NCBI GenBank assembly: GCA_002717365.1
Contig: PBDJ01000034.1
Span: 33,990 to 97,989, forward strand
Length of the DNA stretch: 64,000 nt
Source of the DNA: Acidimicrobiaceae bacterium
GTDB lineage: Bacteria; Actinomycetota; Acidimicrobiia; Acidimicrobiales; MedAcidi-G1
Direction: 5' to 3'
Position numbers and translations under genes: made by a program
The notes under the pieces: model-generated
Databases searched by the model: none
Seen by the model: only the letters and a program-made list of their open reading frames with translations
What the model was told of the DNA's origin: nothing
Part shown: piece after piece, positions 30,045-40,091 of the stretch
How the letters are laid out: every line of letters starts with the position of its first letter
How positions within the stretch are numbered: the stretch's first letter is position 1

Positions 30045-31292
30045 ATGGACCTGGCCGAGATCGACCTGTCGAACGTGGACCCGTTCTGGTCAGGGCCAGT
30101 GGCCGACCGGGAGGCCGGGTTCGCCACTCTCCGACGTGCGGACCCGATCCGGTTCTTCGCCGAGGTGGAGACCGAGTTCCTGCCGGCAGGACGCGGATAC
30201 TGGGCAATCACCCGTCATGCCGACGTGGTTGAGGCCAGCCGTCATCCTGAGTGGTTCTGTTCAGGAGAGGGCACCAACATCACCGACCTGCCACCAGAGT
30301 TCCGTGAGTTCTTCGGTTCGATGATTTCCATGGACGATCCCAAGCATGCTCGCTTGCGAAAGGTGGTCTCGGCGGGCTTCACGCCGCGGATGATGCGGTC
30401 CCTTGAGGAAGGCGTGGAGTCGACCGCAGCTGGGATTATCGACAGGGTGGCCGCCAGGGGCTCGTGTGACTTCGTGACGGAGGTTGCAGCGCGCCTGCCG
30501 CTGGCGATCATCTGCGACATGATGGGCATCGCTCCCGACCGCTATGACGAGGTCTTCCACCACTCGAACGTCGTTTTGAGCCAGGGGGATCCCGAGTACA
30601 TACCGCCTGATGCCGACCCGCTGGAGTCGCTTCTGGGTGCCGGGGCAGGCCTGGCGGCGATCATGCATGAGACATCTGAGTCCCGACGCGGTGGAGACGG
30701 TCAGGACCTGACGTCGTTGCTCGTCAACGCCGAGGTGGACGGAGAGAGGCTCTCGGCCGACGAGCTGGCGTCCTTCTTCGTACTGCTTTGCGTGGCCGGG
30801 AATGAGACGACCCGAAACGCAATCTCCTGGGGCCTGCACTACCTGACCAAAAATCCCGACCAGCGCGCCCTTTGGCAGGCCGACATCGATGGCGTTACGC
30901 CGACGGCCGTCGAGGAGATCGTCCGGATTTCCAGCCCGGTAATCCACTTCCGTAGGACGGTCACCACCGACGGTGTCCGCCTCGGAGACCACAAGTTCTC
31001 GGCCGGGGACAAGGTGGTGCTTTGGTACAACTCGGCTAATAGGGACGAGGAAGTATTCACCGATCCTGATCGCTTTGACGTCACCCGGGACCCCAACCCC
31101 CACGTCGGCTTCGGAGGCCCGGGACCCCACTTCTGCCTCGGAGCCCATCTGGCTCGTTGGGAGATAGGCGTGATGTTTCGCCAACTGCTGACCCGACTGC
31201 CCGACATTGAGGCCACCGGCGAACCGGACCGGCTCAGGACCAATTTTGTGAACGGGATCAAGCACCTGCCCTGCGCCTACACCCCAGCCTGA
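30045..31292 (+). CDS. cytochrome P450
   Basis: Heme-binding loop FGGPGPHFCLGAHLAR, I-helix AGNETT and an EEIVR (ExxR) motif. Confidence 0.9.
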   Translation: MDLAEIDLSNVDPFWSGPVADREAGFATLRRADPIRFFAEVETEFLPAGRGYWAITRHADVVEASRHPEWFCSGEGTNITDLPPEFREFFGSMISMDDPKHARLRKVVSAGFTPRMMRSLEEGVESTAAGIIDRVAARGSCDFVTEVAARLPLAIICDMMGIAPDRYDEVFHHSNVVLSQGDPEYIPPDADPLESLLGAGAGLAAIMHETSESRRGGDGQDLTSLLVNAEVDGERLSADELASFFVLLCVAGNETTRNAISWGLHYLTKNPDQRALWQADIDGVTPTAVEEIVRISSPVIHFRRTVTTDGVRLGDHKFSAGDKVVLWYNSANRDEEVFTDPDRFDVTRDPNPHVGFGGPGPHFCLGAHLARWEIGVMFRQLLTRLPDIEATGEPDRLRTNFVNGIKHLPCAYTPA

Positions 31293-31307
31293 GCAGGCGG
31301 ACGCCGG

Positions 31308-32225
31308 TCAGACAGAGTTGCCGTGGCGGGCGTCGACCGTGGCCACCATGCCGTCGCGCCACGCCACGGTGCACGGTCCAGTCAGTGATCGTCGACGGGT
31401 TGGGTCCGCTGCGCTGCCCGGCTGGCTGCCTGGTAGGTCGTAGTACGTGAGTTGCGGTTCGACGTCTAGGTGTTCTCCGAATAGGGCGCACCACTGCTCG
31501 GGAGTGACCACCTCGTCGCCGCACCAGTTCACGATGGTGGCCGGCGCCGCTGCAGCATCCAGGAGGGGCATCACCTGGGTGGCTAGGTCGTCCTCGTGGA
31601 TCGGACTGTAGGGGCCATCAACGGGATTGCGCAGCCAGACCGCCTTTCCGGTGGCCACCGCGTCGCCGTGGTAGGCGGGTAGGCCACCGTTGGGTCCGTA
31701 ACTGGCGTTGATGCGGGCGATGGTGGTGGGTAGGCCCAGAACCCGGGCCATGGTCCGAGCCACGGCTTCTTGGGAGACCTTGGAAACTCCGTAAGTGGGG
31801 CTGTGGGGTGCTCGGGGGTTGCCCAGTGGGTCGGTCTCCGTGTAAAGGTGCAACGGGTCCTCATGGGCCCGGTACACGGAGTTGGTCGATGCGATGAGGG
31901 CCGCCTCGGCGGACCGGCAGTGAGCCATGAGTAGGCCGGTGGCCTCGGCGTTGGCCCTCAGCGCCCGGTCGTGGTCGTCCTCGGCTCCCTGCCAGGCGGC
32001 AAAGTGCACGAGATGGGTGAAGTTGGTCGGCAGGTCCCCAAAGTCGCCGGTGGCTAGGTCTGCGACGTAGGGGCGGACGCCGATTCCCTCGGCCCGTTCC
32101 CGACTGCCGTCGGCCGAGTAGCGGGCCACCCCCCACACCTCGTTGTCCCGGGCCAGGAACCTGGCAACTGGGTGACCGATCTGACCAGTTAGACCGGTTA
32201 CGAGGATCCTGCGATCGGATAGCAC
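31308..32225 (-). CDS. NAD-dependent epimerase/dehydratase family protein
   Basis: RILVTGLTGQIGHPVARFL (GxxGxxG) and YGVSK (YxxxK). GTG 32225 lies 11 nt after the upstream gene stop. The rest of the 478-aa track ORF is out-of-frame overlap. Confidence 0.8.
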   Translation of the reverse strand: MLSDRRILVTGLTGQIGHPVARFLARDNEVWGVARYSADGSRERAEGIGVRPYVADLATGDFGDLPTNFTHLVHFAAWQGAEDDHDRALRANAEATGLLMAHCRSAEAALIASTNSVYRAHEDPLHLYTETDPLGNPRAPHSPTYGVSKVSQEAVARTMARVLGLPTTIARINASYGPNGGLPAYHGDAVATGKAVWLRNPVDGPYSPIHEDDLATQVMPLLDAAAAPATIVNWCGDEVVTPEQWCALFGEHLDVEPQLTYYDLPGSQPGSAADPTRRRSLTGPCTVAWRDGMVATVDARHGNSV

Positions 32226-32235
32226 GGTACCGACG

Positions 32236-33171
32236 CTAGGACGGGTTCGGCAGACGAGTGACACCCAGGGCGAATTCGCCGGCCGCAGCGTAGAAGAGCC
32301 ACCGTTCCTCTCCATCGTCGAACACGAACGGATCCCGGAGTCCATTCTGGGGTTGGAAAGCTGGCCCCCGGACAGTTGGTTCCACCGGCCGGTCGGCGCC
32401 CTCCCAGGGTTCCACCGGGCGGAGAACCTCGACTGGGTCAGTCGGTGTCCAGGTTGTCCAGTCGCCCCGGAGATCGACCTGAGCCTCCAGGATCCGCTCC
32501 GGGGCGTCGCCAGCCCTCGTGAACCAGATCCGGAGGTGGTGCCCCTCGACCAGCACGCCACTGTGTCGGATCTCGGGGTCGTCGAACAAAGCTGGCCCGT
32601 ACTCGTAGCCCGTGACCCCGTCGGCCGACCGGACCAGCTGGGACGGCATGGACAGCCCGTACCACCATCCGTCCCAGGTGAAGCTCCGGTGGTAGGAGGG
32701 TGAGATGGCCGGCCCATCGGCCAATGGGGTGAACCGTCTCCCATCAGAGGAGGTGGCCACCAGGGTGTGCTGGTCGTAGACCGGATAGATGCCCCACGAC
32801 GGCAGGTGGCCCGCGGACTCTGGTGACGCGTGGCCGTGGAAGGTCATCCGGAGGGTGCGGCCGGCGTCGTCAACCTGCACGTCGGGCGACGCCACATGGC
32901 GGTTGGGGTGGTCGACGGGCAGGGCTGGCGCCGCGTCATCCATGTGGAGGACGTCGGTCGACACGAGGCGCCAAGGGCCAGTCGGGTGCTCGGCGGCGGC
33001 CAGTCGGATTGACGCCCCGCGGTGGTGGGCGAAGTAGAGGAGGTAGGTGCCCGGAGGATTGGGGAGCCAGGTCGGGCAGCGCAGCACCGACGGACCTTGC
33101 ACGTTGAAGTCACCATGCTCGGTCGGCACGCCTTCCAAGCCTGTGGGGACAACCACCTGTCGTTCGGTCAC
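32236..33171 (-). CDS. hypothetical protein; possibly a beta-propeller, glycoside-hydrolase-like fold (weak)
   Basis: GGAGG RBS 4 nt before GTG 33171. The upstream 237 codons of the 548-aa track ORF are antisense to the SDR at 33239-34021. No catalytic motif recognised. Confidence 0.45.
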   Translation of the reverse strand: MTERQVVVPTGLEGVPTEHGDFNVQGPSVLRCPTWLPNPPGTYLLYFAHHRGASIRLAAAEHPTGPWRLVSTDVLHMDDAAPALPVDHPNRHVASPDVQVDDAGRTLRMTFHGHASPESAGHLPSWGIYPVYDQHTLVATSSDGRRFTPLADGPAISPSYHRSFTWDGWWYGLSMPSQLVRSADGVTGYEYGPALFDDPEIRHSGVLVEGHHLRIWFTRAGDAPERILEAQVDLRGDWTTWTPTDPVEVLRPVEPWEGADRPVEPTVRGPAFQPQNGLRDPFVFDDGEERWLFYAAAGEFALGVTRLPNPS

Positions 33172-33238
33172 CGCGCCTCCCGGGCAGTGGGCAGGGACGG
33201 TGGGGAAGTACCGTCGGCCCGACCGTACGGGAGGGGGC

Positions 33239-34021
33239 ATGACCATGCTGGATCGAGATGGGGTTGCCGCGCTGTACGACCTGACCGGCCGGGTGGCCGT
33301 GGTGACGGGTGGCAGCCGAGGTATCGGTCGGGCGGTGGCTGAGGCCTTTGCCGCCCAGGGCGCCTCGGTGGTGGTGGCCAGCCGCAAGGCCGAGGCTTGC
33401 GACGAGGCAGTAGCCGCTATACGAGCCGTCGGTGGCGAGGCGCTCGCCGTACCGACCCATGTAGGCAACCTGGATGACCTGCAGCGTCTGGCTGATTCGG
33501 CGGCTAGCGAGTATGACGGCATCGACATCCTGATCAACAACGCCGCTAACCCGGTAGCCCAGCCCATTGGGGGGATCACGGCTGAGGCCTTTGCCAAGTC
33601 GTTTGAGGTGAACGTACGGGGGCCGCTTTTCTTGTTCCAGGCCTGCCTGCCCCACCTACTGACCTCCGACCACGCCTCGGTGGTGAACGTAATCTCGGCT
33701 GGGGCCTTCCTGAGTACTCCAGGAGTCTCGATGTACGGGGCCGGTAAGGCGGCCCTCCTGTCATTCACCCGGTCCATGGCCGCCGAGTACGCAACCCGGG
33801 GGATCCGGATCAACGCCTTGGCTCCCGGAGCTACCGACACCACCATGGTTCGCAACACCGGACCGGAGGCGTCGGCCTCCATGGCCCGGGCCAGCCACCT
33901 GAAGCGTCTCGCCGACCCGGACGAGATGGTGGGGGCAGTTCTCTACATGGCTTCGGACGCCGGGAGTTTTATGACCGGCCAGTGCCTTACTGTCGACGGA
34001 GGGATGGTCCCCGCCCGGTGA
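33239..34021 (+). CDS. SDR oxidoreductase
   Basis: VAVVTGGSRGIGRA, NNAA and YGAGKAA. GGGAGGGGG RBS before ATG 33239. Confidence 0.85.
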   Translation: MTMLDRDGVAALYDLTGRVAVVTGGSRGIGRAVAEAFAAQGASVVVASRKAEACDEAVAAIRAVGGEALAVPTHVGNLDDLQRLADSAASEYDGIDILINNAANPVAQPIGGITAEAFAKSFEVNVRGPLFLFQACLPHLLTSDHASVVNVISAGAFLSTPGVSMYGAGKAALLSFTRSMAAEYATRGIRINALAPGATDTTMVRNTGPEASASMARASHLKRLADPDEMVGAVLYMASDAGSFMTGQCLTVDGGMVPAR

Positions 34022-34101
34022 CCGACCGGTAGGGTGGCTGCTTGATCTGACGGTCCGTCAGATTCTTGTTCGCCTCTTCGCCAACCCACCGGGAGCAGAC
34101 C

Positions 34102-35028
34102 ATGGCTGGCCACCTCGCAGGAAAGAACATCGCCGTCACCGGCGCCGGAAACGGCATCGGCCGGGCCATCGCCCTGGCCTGTGCAGCCGAAGGGGCCAAC
34201 GTGGTGGTGGCCGACTACGGCGTGTCCATAGAGGGCAGTGACCCGTCCAGCGAGGTGGCCGACGCCGTGGTGGCCGAGATCGCCGCCGCCGGTGGTACGG
34301 CGATCGCCGTGGCCGGAGACGTGTCCCAGATGGAGGTCGGCCAGCGCATCGTCGACACGGCGGTTGAGAACTGGGGGACCATCGACGGCGTGGCCTGCGT
34401 GGCCGGCATCGTCCGTGAGCGGATGCTGTTCAACATGAGCGAGGAGGAGTTCGACCACGTGGTAGCCGTTCACCTCAAGGGCCACTTCACCCTCTACAAG
34501 GCGGCCTCGGCGGTCATGCGCAAGCAGGATACGGGTGGCAGCCTGGTCGGCTTCACCTCCGGTGCCTTCGTGGCCTCCACCGCCCAGGCCAACTACTCGG
34601 CGGCCAAGGGCGGGATCGTCTCCCTCACCCGGAGCGCGGCGTTCGCCCTGCGCCGGTACGGCGTGAACGCCAACTGCATCGCTCCGGCCGCCATGACTCG
34701 TATGTCGGAGAACGTGCCGTTCGAGATCGAGGCCGGCGGCCCTGAGGCCATTGCCCCGCTGGCCGTATTCCTCATGTCGAACGCCGCCCGGGACATCACG
34801 GCCCAGATCTATACGTGCACCGGGAAGCGGATCGCCGTCTGGAACCAGCCAGAGGAATTACGCCACATGTTGGCCGCCGACGACGAGATGTTCACCGTCG
34901 ACGAGGTGGCCGAGAAGCTCCCGGCTGACATCGGCGTCGAGGAGATGCCGATGTTCGCCGACCTGGAACGCAGGATGAAGGAAATGGCCGAGAAGAAAGC
35001 AGCCGAGGAGTCCGGCGCGGAGTCCTAG
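34102..35028 (+). CDS. SDR oxidoreductase (long C-terminal extension)
   Basis: IAVTGAGNGIGRA and YSAAKGG. Confidence 0.8.
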   Translation: MAGHLAGKNIAVTGAGNGIGRAIALACAAEGANVVVADYGVSIEGSDPSSEVADAVVAEIAAAGGTAIAVAGDVSQMEVGQRIVDTAVENWGTIDGVACVAGIVRERMLFNMSEEEFDHVVAVHLKGHFTLYKAASAVMRKQDTGGSLVGFTSGAFVASTAQANYSAAKGGIVSLTRSAAFALRRYGVNANCIAPAAMTRMSENVPFEIEAGGPEAIAPLAVFLMSNAARDITAQIYTCTGKRIAVWNQPEELRHMLAADDEMFTVDEVAEKLPADIGVEEMPMFADLERRMKEMAEKKAAEESGAES

Positions 35029-35050
35029 GCGGCTGGCCTACCCTTCGATC

Positions 35051-35827
35051 ATGGGTGCACCCCCTTACGTGGATGGCCACGGCTTACTGGCCGACAAGAT
35101 CGTCGTAGTCACCGCAGCGGCCGGGGCCGGCATCGGCTCGGCCGTGGCCACCCGGGCTATCGAGGAGGGCGCCACGGTGGTCGTCTCCGATGTCCACGAG
35201 CGGCGCCTAGCCGAGGCCGCCGACGCCCTAGAGGCCCTCGGCGGGAGTCGACCGTTGGCTCGCCTGTGCGACGTCCGGGATGAGGCCCAGGTCCAAAACC
35301 TGTTGGATGCCGCGGTGGCCGAGCACGGTCGCCTCGACGTGCTGGTCAACAATGCCGGCCTAGGGGGTGATACTCGTCTCGTCGACATGGACGACGAGGA
35401 GTGGGGCCGGGTCCTAGATATCACCCTGACCGGCACCATGCGATGTACCCGGGCCGCCCTGCGGATCATGGAGACCCAGGGTCACGGCGTGATCGTGAAC
35501 AATGCCTCGGTGGTCGGCTGGAGGGCTCAGGCCGGACAGACCCACTACGCGGCGGCTAAGGCCGGCGTGATGGCCCTAACTCGGTGCTCAGCCGTGGAGG
35601 CCGCAGGCTCAGGCATCCGGATCAACTGCGTGTCGCCCAGCTTGGCCATGCACCCCTTCCTAGCTCGGACCAGCAGCGAGGAACTTCTGACGTCGCTGGT
35701 CGACGGCGAGGCGTTCGGCCGGGCCGCCGAACCTTGGGAGGTAGCCAACGTGGTGGTGTTCCTGGCCAGCGACTACTCGTCGTACATGACCGGCGAGGTG
35801 GTGTCGGTCTCCAGCCAGCACCCCTGA
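35051..35827 (+). CDS. SDR oxidoreductase (FabG-like)
   Basis: VVVTAAAGAGIGSA, NNAG and YAAAKAG. Confidence 0.85.
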   Translation: MGAPPYVDGHGLLADKIVVVTAAAGAGIGSAVATRAIEEGATVVVSDVHERRLAEAADALEALGGSRPLARLCDVRDEAQVQNLLDAAVAEHGRLDVLVNNAGLGGDTRLVDMDDEEWGRVLDITLTGTMRCTRAALRIMETQGHGVIVNNASVVGWRAQAGQTHYAAAKAGVMALTRCSAVEAAGSGIRINCVSPSLAMHPFLARTSSEELLTSLVDGEAFGRAAEPWEVANVVVFLASDYSSYMTGEVVSVSSQHP

Positions 35828-35842
35828 TCTGGTTGATTGGGT

Positions 35843-36802
35843 TCAGACGAGTTGCCAGTCGGACTTCCAGTCCGAGTCGTCATCGGCCAGCCTCTCGGCC
35901 CGCCCCGACCGCGACAGGGCCAGCAGGTGGGCGTACACCGAGGCACCGGCCGCCAGGTGCAACTTCTCGTCCACGTCGGCGTACATCTCGGCCACCAACG
36001 AGGTGATGTCCCGGGGGCCGTCGGCCAGAGCGTTGACGATCTGGCGCTCCCGCATCTCCCGGTGCTCCACGAGGGCCGCCACGTAGGGCACCGGATCAGT
36101 AATGGCCGGGCCGTGGGTCGGACGGTAGGTCGTCTCGCTCCGGTGCAGGAGCCGGCGCAGATTGGTCAGGTAGTCGTTTAGGTCGCCGTCGGGGGCCGGA
36201 ATCACCGAAGTCGACCAACCCATCACGTGGTCGCCGGTAAACAATGTGGCCTCCTCCCGGAGGGCGAAGCACAGGTGGTTGGAGATATGCCCGGGGGTGT
36301 GCAAGGCCTCGAAGGTGAAACCATCGCCGGCGATCACGTCGCCGTCGACGGTCGCCACGTCAGGTACGAAGTCAAGGTCTCCGGCACCCTCGCCGTCCTC
36401 TGACTCCGGTTCCTCGTCGGTCTCAAGGGCTCGGCGGACCCGTTCCTCGTGGGCCCGAACGGCCTCCTCCGGGTGGGGTCCGAACCCGTAGGCGGGGGCG
36501 CCAGTGGCCTCCCGCACGGCGGCCGTCGCCGGGGAGTGGTCGGGGTGGGTGTGAGTGACCAGCAGGTGGCTTACCCGCTGGCCTTCCACGGCCCGGAGCA
36601 CGGCGGCCACATGGTCGTCGTCGTCGGGCCCTGGATCGATAATCGCCACTTCGCCACCCGACGGCGGGCCCACGAGAAAGGTACCCGTGCCGTGGTAGGT
36701 GAACGGAGACGGGTTCCGGGCCACGACCCGTCGAACCAGAGGCGAAACCTGCTCGACCTCCCCGTAGGGAGGAGGGTCCTCAGTGCGGTAGGTGGGGGCC
36801 AC
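35843..36802 (-). CDS. MBL-fold metallo-hydrolase
   Basis: HTHPDHSP (HxHxDH) and a downstream His. Start GTG 36802 was chosen to lie after the sulfite reductase stop; the track ORF extends antisense or out of frame into that gene. Confidence 0.75.
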   Translation of the reverse strand: MAPTYRTEDPPPYGEVEQVSPLVRRVVARNPSPFTYHGTGTFLVGPPSGGEVAIIDPGPDDDDHVAAVLRAVEGQRVSHLLVTHTHPDHSPATAAVREATGAPAYGFGPHPEEAVRAHEERVRRALETDEEPESEDGEGAGDLDFVPDVATVDGDVIAGDGFTFEALHTPGHISNHLCFALREEATLFTGDHVMGWSTSVIPAPDGDLNDYLTNLRRLLHRSETTYRPTHGPAITDPVPYVAALVEHREMRERQIVNALADGPRDITSLVAEMYADVDEKLHLAAGASVYAHLLALSRSGRAERLADDDSDWKSDWQLV

Positions 36803-36860
36803 GACCCGATCCTGCCCGATGGGCGGGCCTACAGGGCGACACCGGCCCGGCCACCCAGCG

Positions 36861-38705
36861 TCAGGTGGCGCACTCCGACTCGCCGATCTCGGCCGCGTAG
36901 GGACCAGTCTCGTCGTAGTCCACGTAGAACTCGGGCGCCTCGTCCGGGGTGGGGAATTCGTCCAGGTCCTTGAGGTCGACAGCCACCTCCTTGGCACCAC
37001 CAGACCGTTCCAGCCAGTCCACGAAGCGTTCGCCGGCCCGTCGTTCACCGGCGAACCGGCGAACGATTCGAACCGTGGCCTCGGCGGCGTTCTTGGCCGG
37101 CAGGCGCAGCGCCTTTTGGCCAAAGTGGATCTGCTCCTGGCCGACGTAGCCGCCCAACAGCATCTGGTATCCGGGGGCGGGTTGGCCGTGGGCTCGGCGT
37201 TCGGCTCCGAAGAAGCCGATGTCGGCTGCGTGGTGCTGTCCGCAGCTGTTGGTGCAGCCCGAGATGTTCATCCTGACTCCGCCCACCTCGGCCAGGCCGG
37301 CCTCGTCGAGGGCGGCGCCGATGGCGCTGGCTAGGCCCCGGCTTTGGGTAACGGCCAGGTTGCAGGTGTCGGCACCGGGGCAGGCCACGACGTCCCGGGA
37401 CAGCTCGGCGCCCGGTTGGGCCATGTCGGCGGCCACCAGTCGCTCGTAGAGCGCCGGGAGCTGGCCCTCGGTGAGGTCCCGTAGCACCAGGTTTTGTCGG
37501 TTGGTGACCCGGACGTCCACGTCTAGATCCCGGATCATGGCCGCCACGGCCCGGAACTGATTCGAGGTGACGTCGCCCAACTCGCACCAGGCATACGCCG
37601 AGACGGTGCCGTTGGCGGCTCCCCGAACCACGTTGGCCTCCATCCAGCGGTCGTAGTCATCCTTGGCGCCCAGGGTCACTGGAGTCCCCTGGCCCATAGC
37701 CGTCGGGGTGACGCCGTCGGCCACACCGGCCGGATCGTCGCCCAATTCGGAGACCACGGGCGGTACGCCGCCCGGCCAGGTGGCCGAGGCGGGCAGCAGC
37801 TTGCGGGTGGCGACCACTCGGCGTCGAACCTCGTCGATGCCTAGCTGGTCAACGACCCACTTGAGGCGGGCTCGTAGCTTGTTGTCCCGGTTGCCGGTCT
37901 GCTCGAACACCCGGAGCACCGACTCAATTGTGGCAAGTAGGTCCTCGCGGGCGGTGAAGTCCTCCAGAGCGAGGGCCGGGAAAGGGGTGGTTCCCAGGCC
38001 GCCGGCGATGTACACCCGAAAGCCCCGTTCCATGCTGCCGTCATCGAACGTGCGTGTGGCGGCTACCACCCCGACGTCGTTGAACATGGCCTGGCCGCAG
38101 TCGGTGTCACAGCCCGAGAAGTTGATCTTGAACTTCCGAGGCAGACGCTGGGCCAGCGGGTTACGGATGAAGTGCCGGTAGGCCGCCTCGGCCCACGGCG
38201 TGACGTCCAGAATTTCGAGGGGGCAAGCACCGGCCAGGTGGCAGCCCTGCACGTTGCGCACCGTGTCTCCGCAGGCCTCCCGGGTGGTTAGGCCGACCTC
38301 GGCCAGTTTGCGCATCACGGTGGGGATCTCAGTCAGCTCCACGAAATGGAACTGGATGTTCTGGCGGGTCGTGATGTGGCCCCAGCCCCGACTGTGCTCG
38401 TCGATCACGTCGGCTAGCAGGTCCATCTGGCTGGCGGTCATGGCACCGTAGGGAACCTTGACCCGGACCATTTGGTTGGTGCCACCCTGGCGCTGGCCAT
38501 AGATGCCGTTGTTCAGCCGGAAGACGCGGAACACATCCTCGGGGACGCGTCCGGCCTGGTAGTCGGCGAGCATCTCCTCGAACTTGGTGATGTCGGCCGC
38601 CATCTCGGGATCGATGGGGGAGACCTCGGTGAGATCGGTGAACTGGGTCAAGGTCGGCTCTCCAGGATCAGTCAGGTCAGCGGATCGAGGGTTCGGCGAG
38701 AGCAA
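36861..38705 (-). CDS. ferredoxin-type nitrite/sulfite reductase (siroheme, 4Fe-4S)
   Basis: Duplicated NIR_SIR ferredoxin-like halves. Cys clusters CPGADTCNLAV and GCTNSCGQHH. Downstream of the siroheme biosynthesis genes. The exact start is uncertain (29-nt overlap with cobA as drawn). Confidence 0.85.
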   Translation of the reverse strand: MLSPNPRSADLTDPGEPTLTQFTDLTEVSPIDPEMAADITKFEEMLADYQAGRVPEDVFRVFRLNNGIYGQRQGGTNQMVRVKVPYGAMTASQMDLLADVIDEHSRGWGHITTRQNIQFHFVELTEIPTVMRKLAEVGLTTREACGDTVRNVQGCHLAGACPLEILDVTPWAEAAYRHFIRNPLAQRLPRKFKINFSGCDTDCGQAMFNDVGVVAATRTFDDGSMERGFRVYIAGGLGTTPFPALALEDFTAREDLLATIESVLRVFEQTGNRDNKLRARLKWVVDQLGIDEVRRRVVATRKLLPASATWPGGVPPVVSELGDDPAGVADGVTPTAMGQGTPVTLGAKDDYDRWMEANVVRGAANGTVSAYAWCELGDVTSNQFRAVAAMIRDLDVDVRVTNRQNLVLRDLTEGQLPALYERLVAADMAQPGAELSRDVVACPGADTCNLAVTQSRGLASAIGAALDEAGLAEVGGVRMNISGCTNSCGQHHAADIGFFGAERRAHGQPAPGYQMLLGGYVGQEQIHFGQKALRLPAKNAAEATVRIVRRFAGERRAGERFVDWLERSGGAKEVAVDLKDLDEFPTPDEAPEFYVDYDETGPYAAEIGESECAT

Positions 38706-39444
38706 GGTCGGAGACCAGGCGGTCCAGCCGGGCCTCGTCGGTTACGTCGAGCGCAGCCACCGACCCGATCACCAGAACAGCGGGTGCGTCGATTGGTTGC
38801 CCGTCCAGGTCGGAGAGGGTGGCACGAAGGGTGTGCTGGGCCTGGGTGGTGGCCGACTGGATAGCGGCTACCGGGGTATCGGGGTCCATGCCGGCGGTCA
38901 GCAGCCGTTCGGCGATGGCCCCGGCACGCGAAGCCCCCATCAGAACGACCAGCGTGGTGCCCAGCCGGGCTAGGGCATCCCAGTCCAAATGGCGGGCCGC
39001 CGCGGGGTCCTCATGGCCAGTAACCACGGTGAACCCGCTGGCGTGGCCTCGCATGGTGACTGGGATGCCGGCAGCGGCCGGACCGGCGATCGCCGAAGTA
39101 ATGCCAGGGACGACGGCCACATCTACGCCGGCCTGTCGTAGGGCCCCGGCCTCCTCGCCGCCCCGTCCGAATACGAACGGGTCACCGCCCTTGAGGCGAA
39201 CCACGGTGTTGCTCCGGCGTGACGCCTTGACCAGTACCTCGTGGATGCGGGCCTGGGCGTCGGCCGGGCCGCCGGGACGCTTGCCCACGTCGATGACCTC
39301 GGCCCACGGGGCAACCAGGTCCAGGACCCGGGGATCCACCAGGCGGTCATGGACAACCACGTCGGCGGATTCCAGCAAGCGCAGGGCTCGGACGGTTAGC
39401 AACTCCGGATCGCCGGGGCCGGCGCCCACCAGGTAGACGGTCAT
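38677..39444 (-). CDS. cobA: uroporphyrinogen-III C-methyltransferase
   Basis: VYLVGAGPGDPELLTVRALRLLESADVVVHD and RLKGGDPFVFGRGGEE. ATGA overlap with the upstream gene. Confidence 0.9.
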   Translation of the reverse strand: MTVYLVGAGPGDPELLTVRALRLLESADVVVHDRLVDPRVLDLVAPWAEVIDVGKRPGGPADAQARIHEVLVKASRRSNTVVRLKGGDPFVFGRGGEEAGALRQAGVDVAVVPGITSAIAGPAAAGIPVTMRGHASGFTVVTGHEDPAAARHLDWDALARLGTTLVVLMGASRAGAIAERLLTAGMDPDTPVAAIQSATTQAQHTLRATLSDLDGQPIDAPAVLVIGSVAALDVTDEARLDRLVSDLALAEPSIR

Positions 39445-40091
39445 CGCGACGCTCCGTCGACCAGTGGGCCGTCGAGACCCAAGGCGGTGCGTAGGCGTGC
39501 CCGAGCACCGTCCCGGTCGCCAGCCCGCACGAGATCCAGCAGGTCGTCGTCCAGGGCATTGGCCCAGGCAGGTGACTCGCTGGTGCCGGTGGACTCCCGG
39601 AGTTCGGCCCGGACCTCGGTAGCCAGGGCCAGCACGGTCCCGTGTTCTGGTCCGATGGCGCTGTCGATGGTGCGGCGGAGCCAGGCGGCTACGGCCGGGC
39701 TGCGGCCATTGGTTGATACAGCCACCTGCAGGTCGTCGCGTCTGCTCACAGCGGGCAGGGTGAACGAGCAGTGGGCGGGGTCGTCGGCGCTGTTTAGCCA
39801 CACGTCGGCCGCCTCGGCGTCCCAGTAGACCTGCTGGTCCACGGCCTCGTGTCCAGTGGCCGTCACGACTAGACGGTAGGCGGTGACCTCGCCGCGACGG
39901 TAGGGGCGCTGGTGCCACCGGACCCGGTGGTCGTCGGCGATCTCGTCGACCGCCTCGGGGGCGACCACGGTGACCTGGGCGCCGGAGGCCAGAAGGTCAG
40001 CGACCTTGCGCGCTGCCACGGAGCCCCCGCCCACCACCAGGGCGCGGCGGCCCCGGAGATCGAGGTTTACGGGGTACGGGGTGGCGTTCAT
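39441..40091 (-). CDS. precorrin-2 dehydrogenase / sirohydrochlorin ferrochelatase (SirC/Met8/CysG N-domain-like)
   Basis: LRGRRALVVGGGSVAARKVADLLASGAQVTVVAPE is an NAD-binding motif. First gene of the operon with cobA and the sulfite reductase. Confidence 0.8.
   Translation of the reverse strand: MNATPYPVNLDLRGRRALVVGGGSVAARKVADLLASGAQVTVVAPEAVDEIADDHRVRWHQRPYRRGEVTAYRLVVTATGHEAVDQQVYWDAEAADVWLNSADDPAHCSFTLPAVSRRDDLQVAVSTNGRSPAVAAWLRRTIDSAIGPEHGTVLALATEVRAELRESTGTSESPAWANALDDDLLDLVRAGDRDGARARLRTALGLDGPLVDGASR

Noticed and set aside
32236-33882. 548-aa ORF and other oversized ORFs (31308-32744, 35843-37123, 38677-39918, 43070-44740, 22064-23533, 45802-46950)
   Set aside because: Their N-terminal parts overlap neighbouring well-supported genes, antisense or out of frame. 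Internal starts with an RBS or with stop/start overlaps give proteins of normal family length, so the genes were trimmed rather than reported as long fusions.
38677-38705. 29-nt overlap between the cobA 3' end and the sulfite reductase 5' end as a possible programmed frameshift or fusion
   Set aside because: More simply explained by an over-extended sulfite reductase start in the track. Alternative in-frame starts exist downstream, and the conserved domain begins about 50 codons in.
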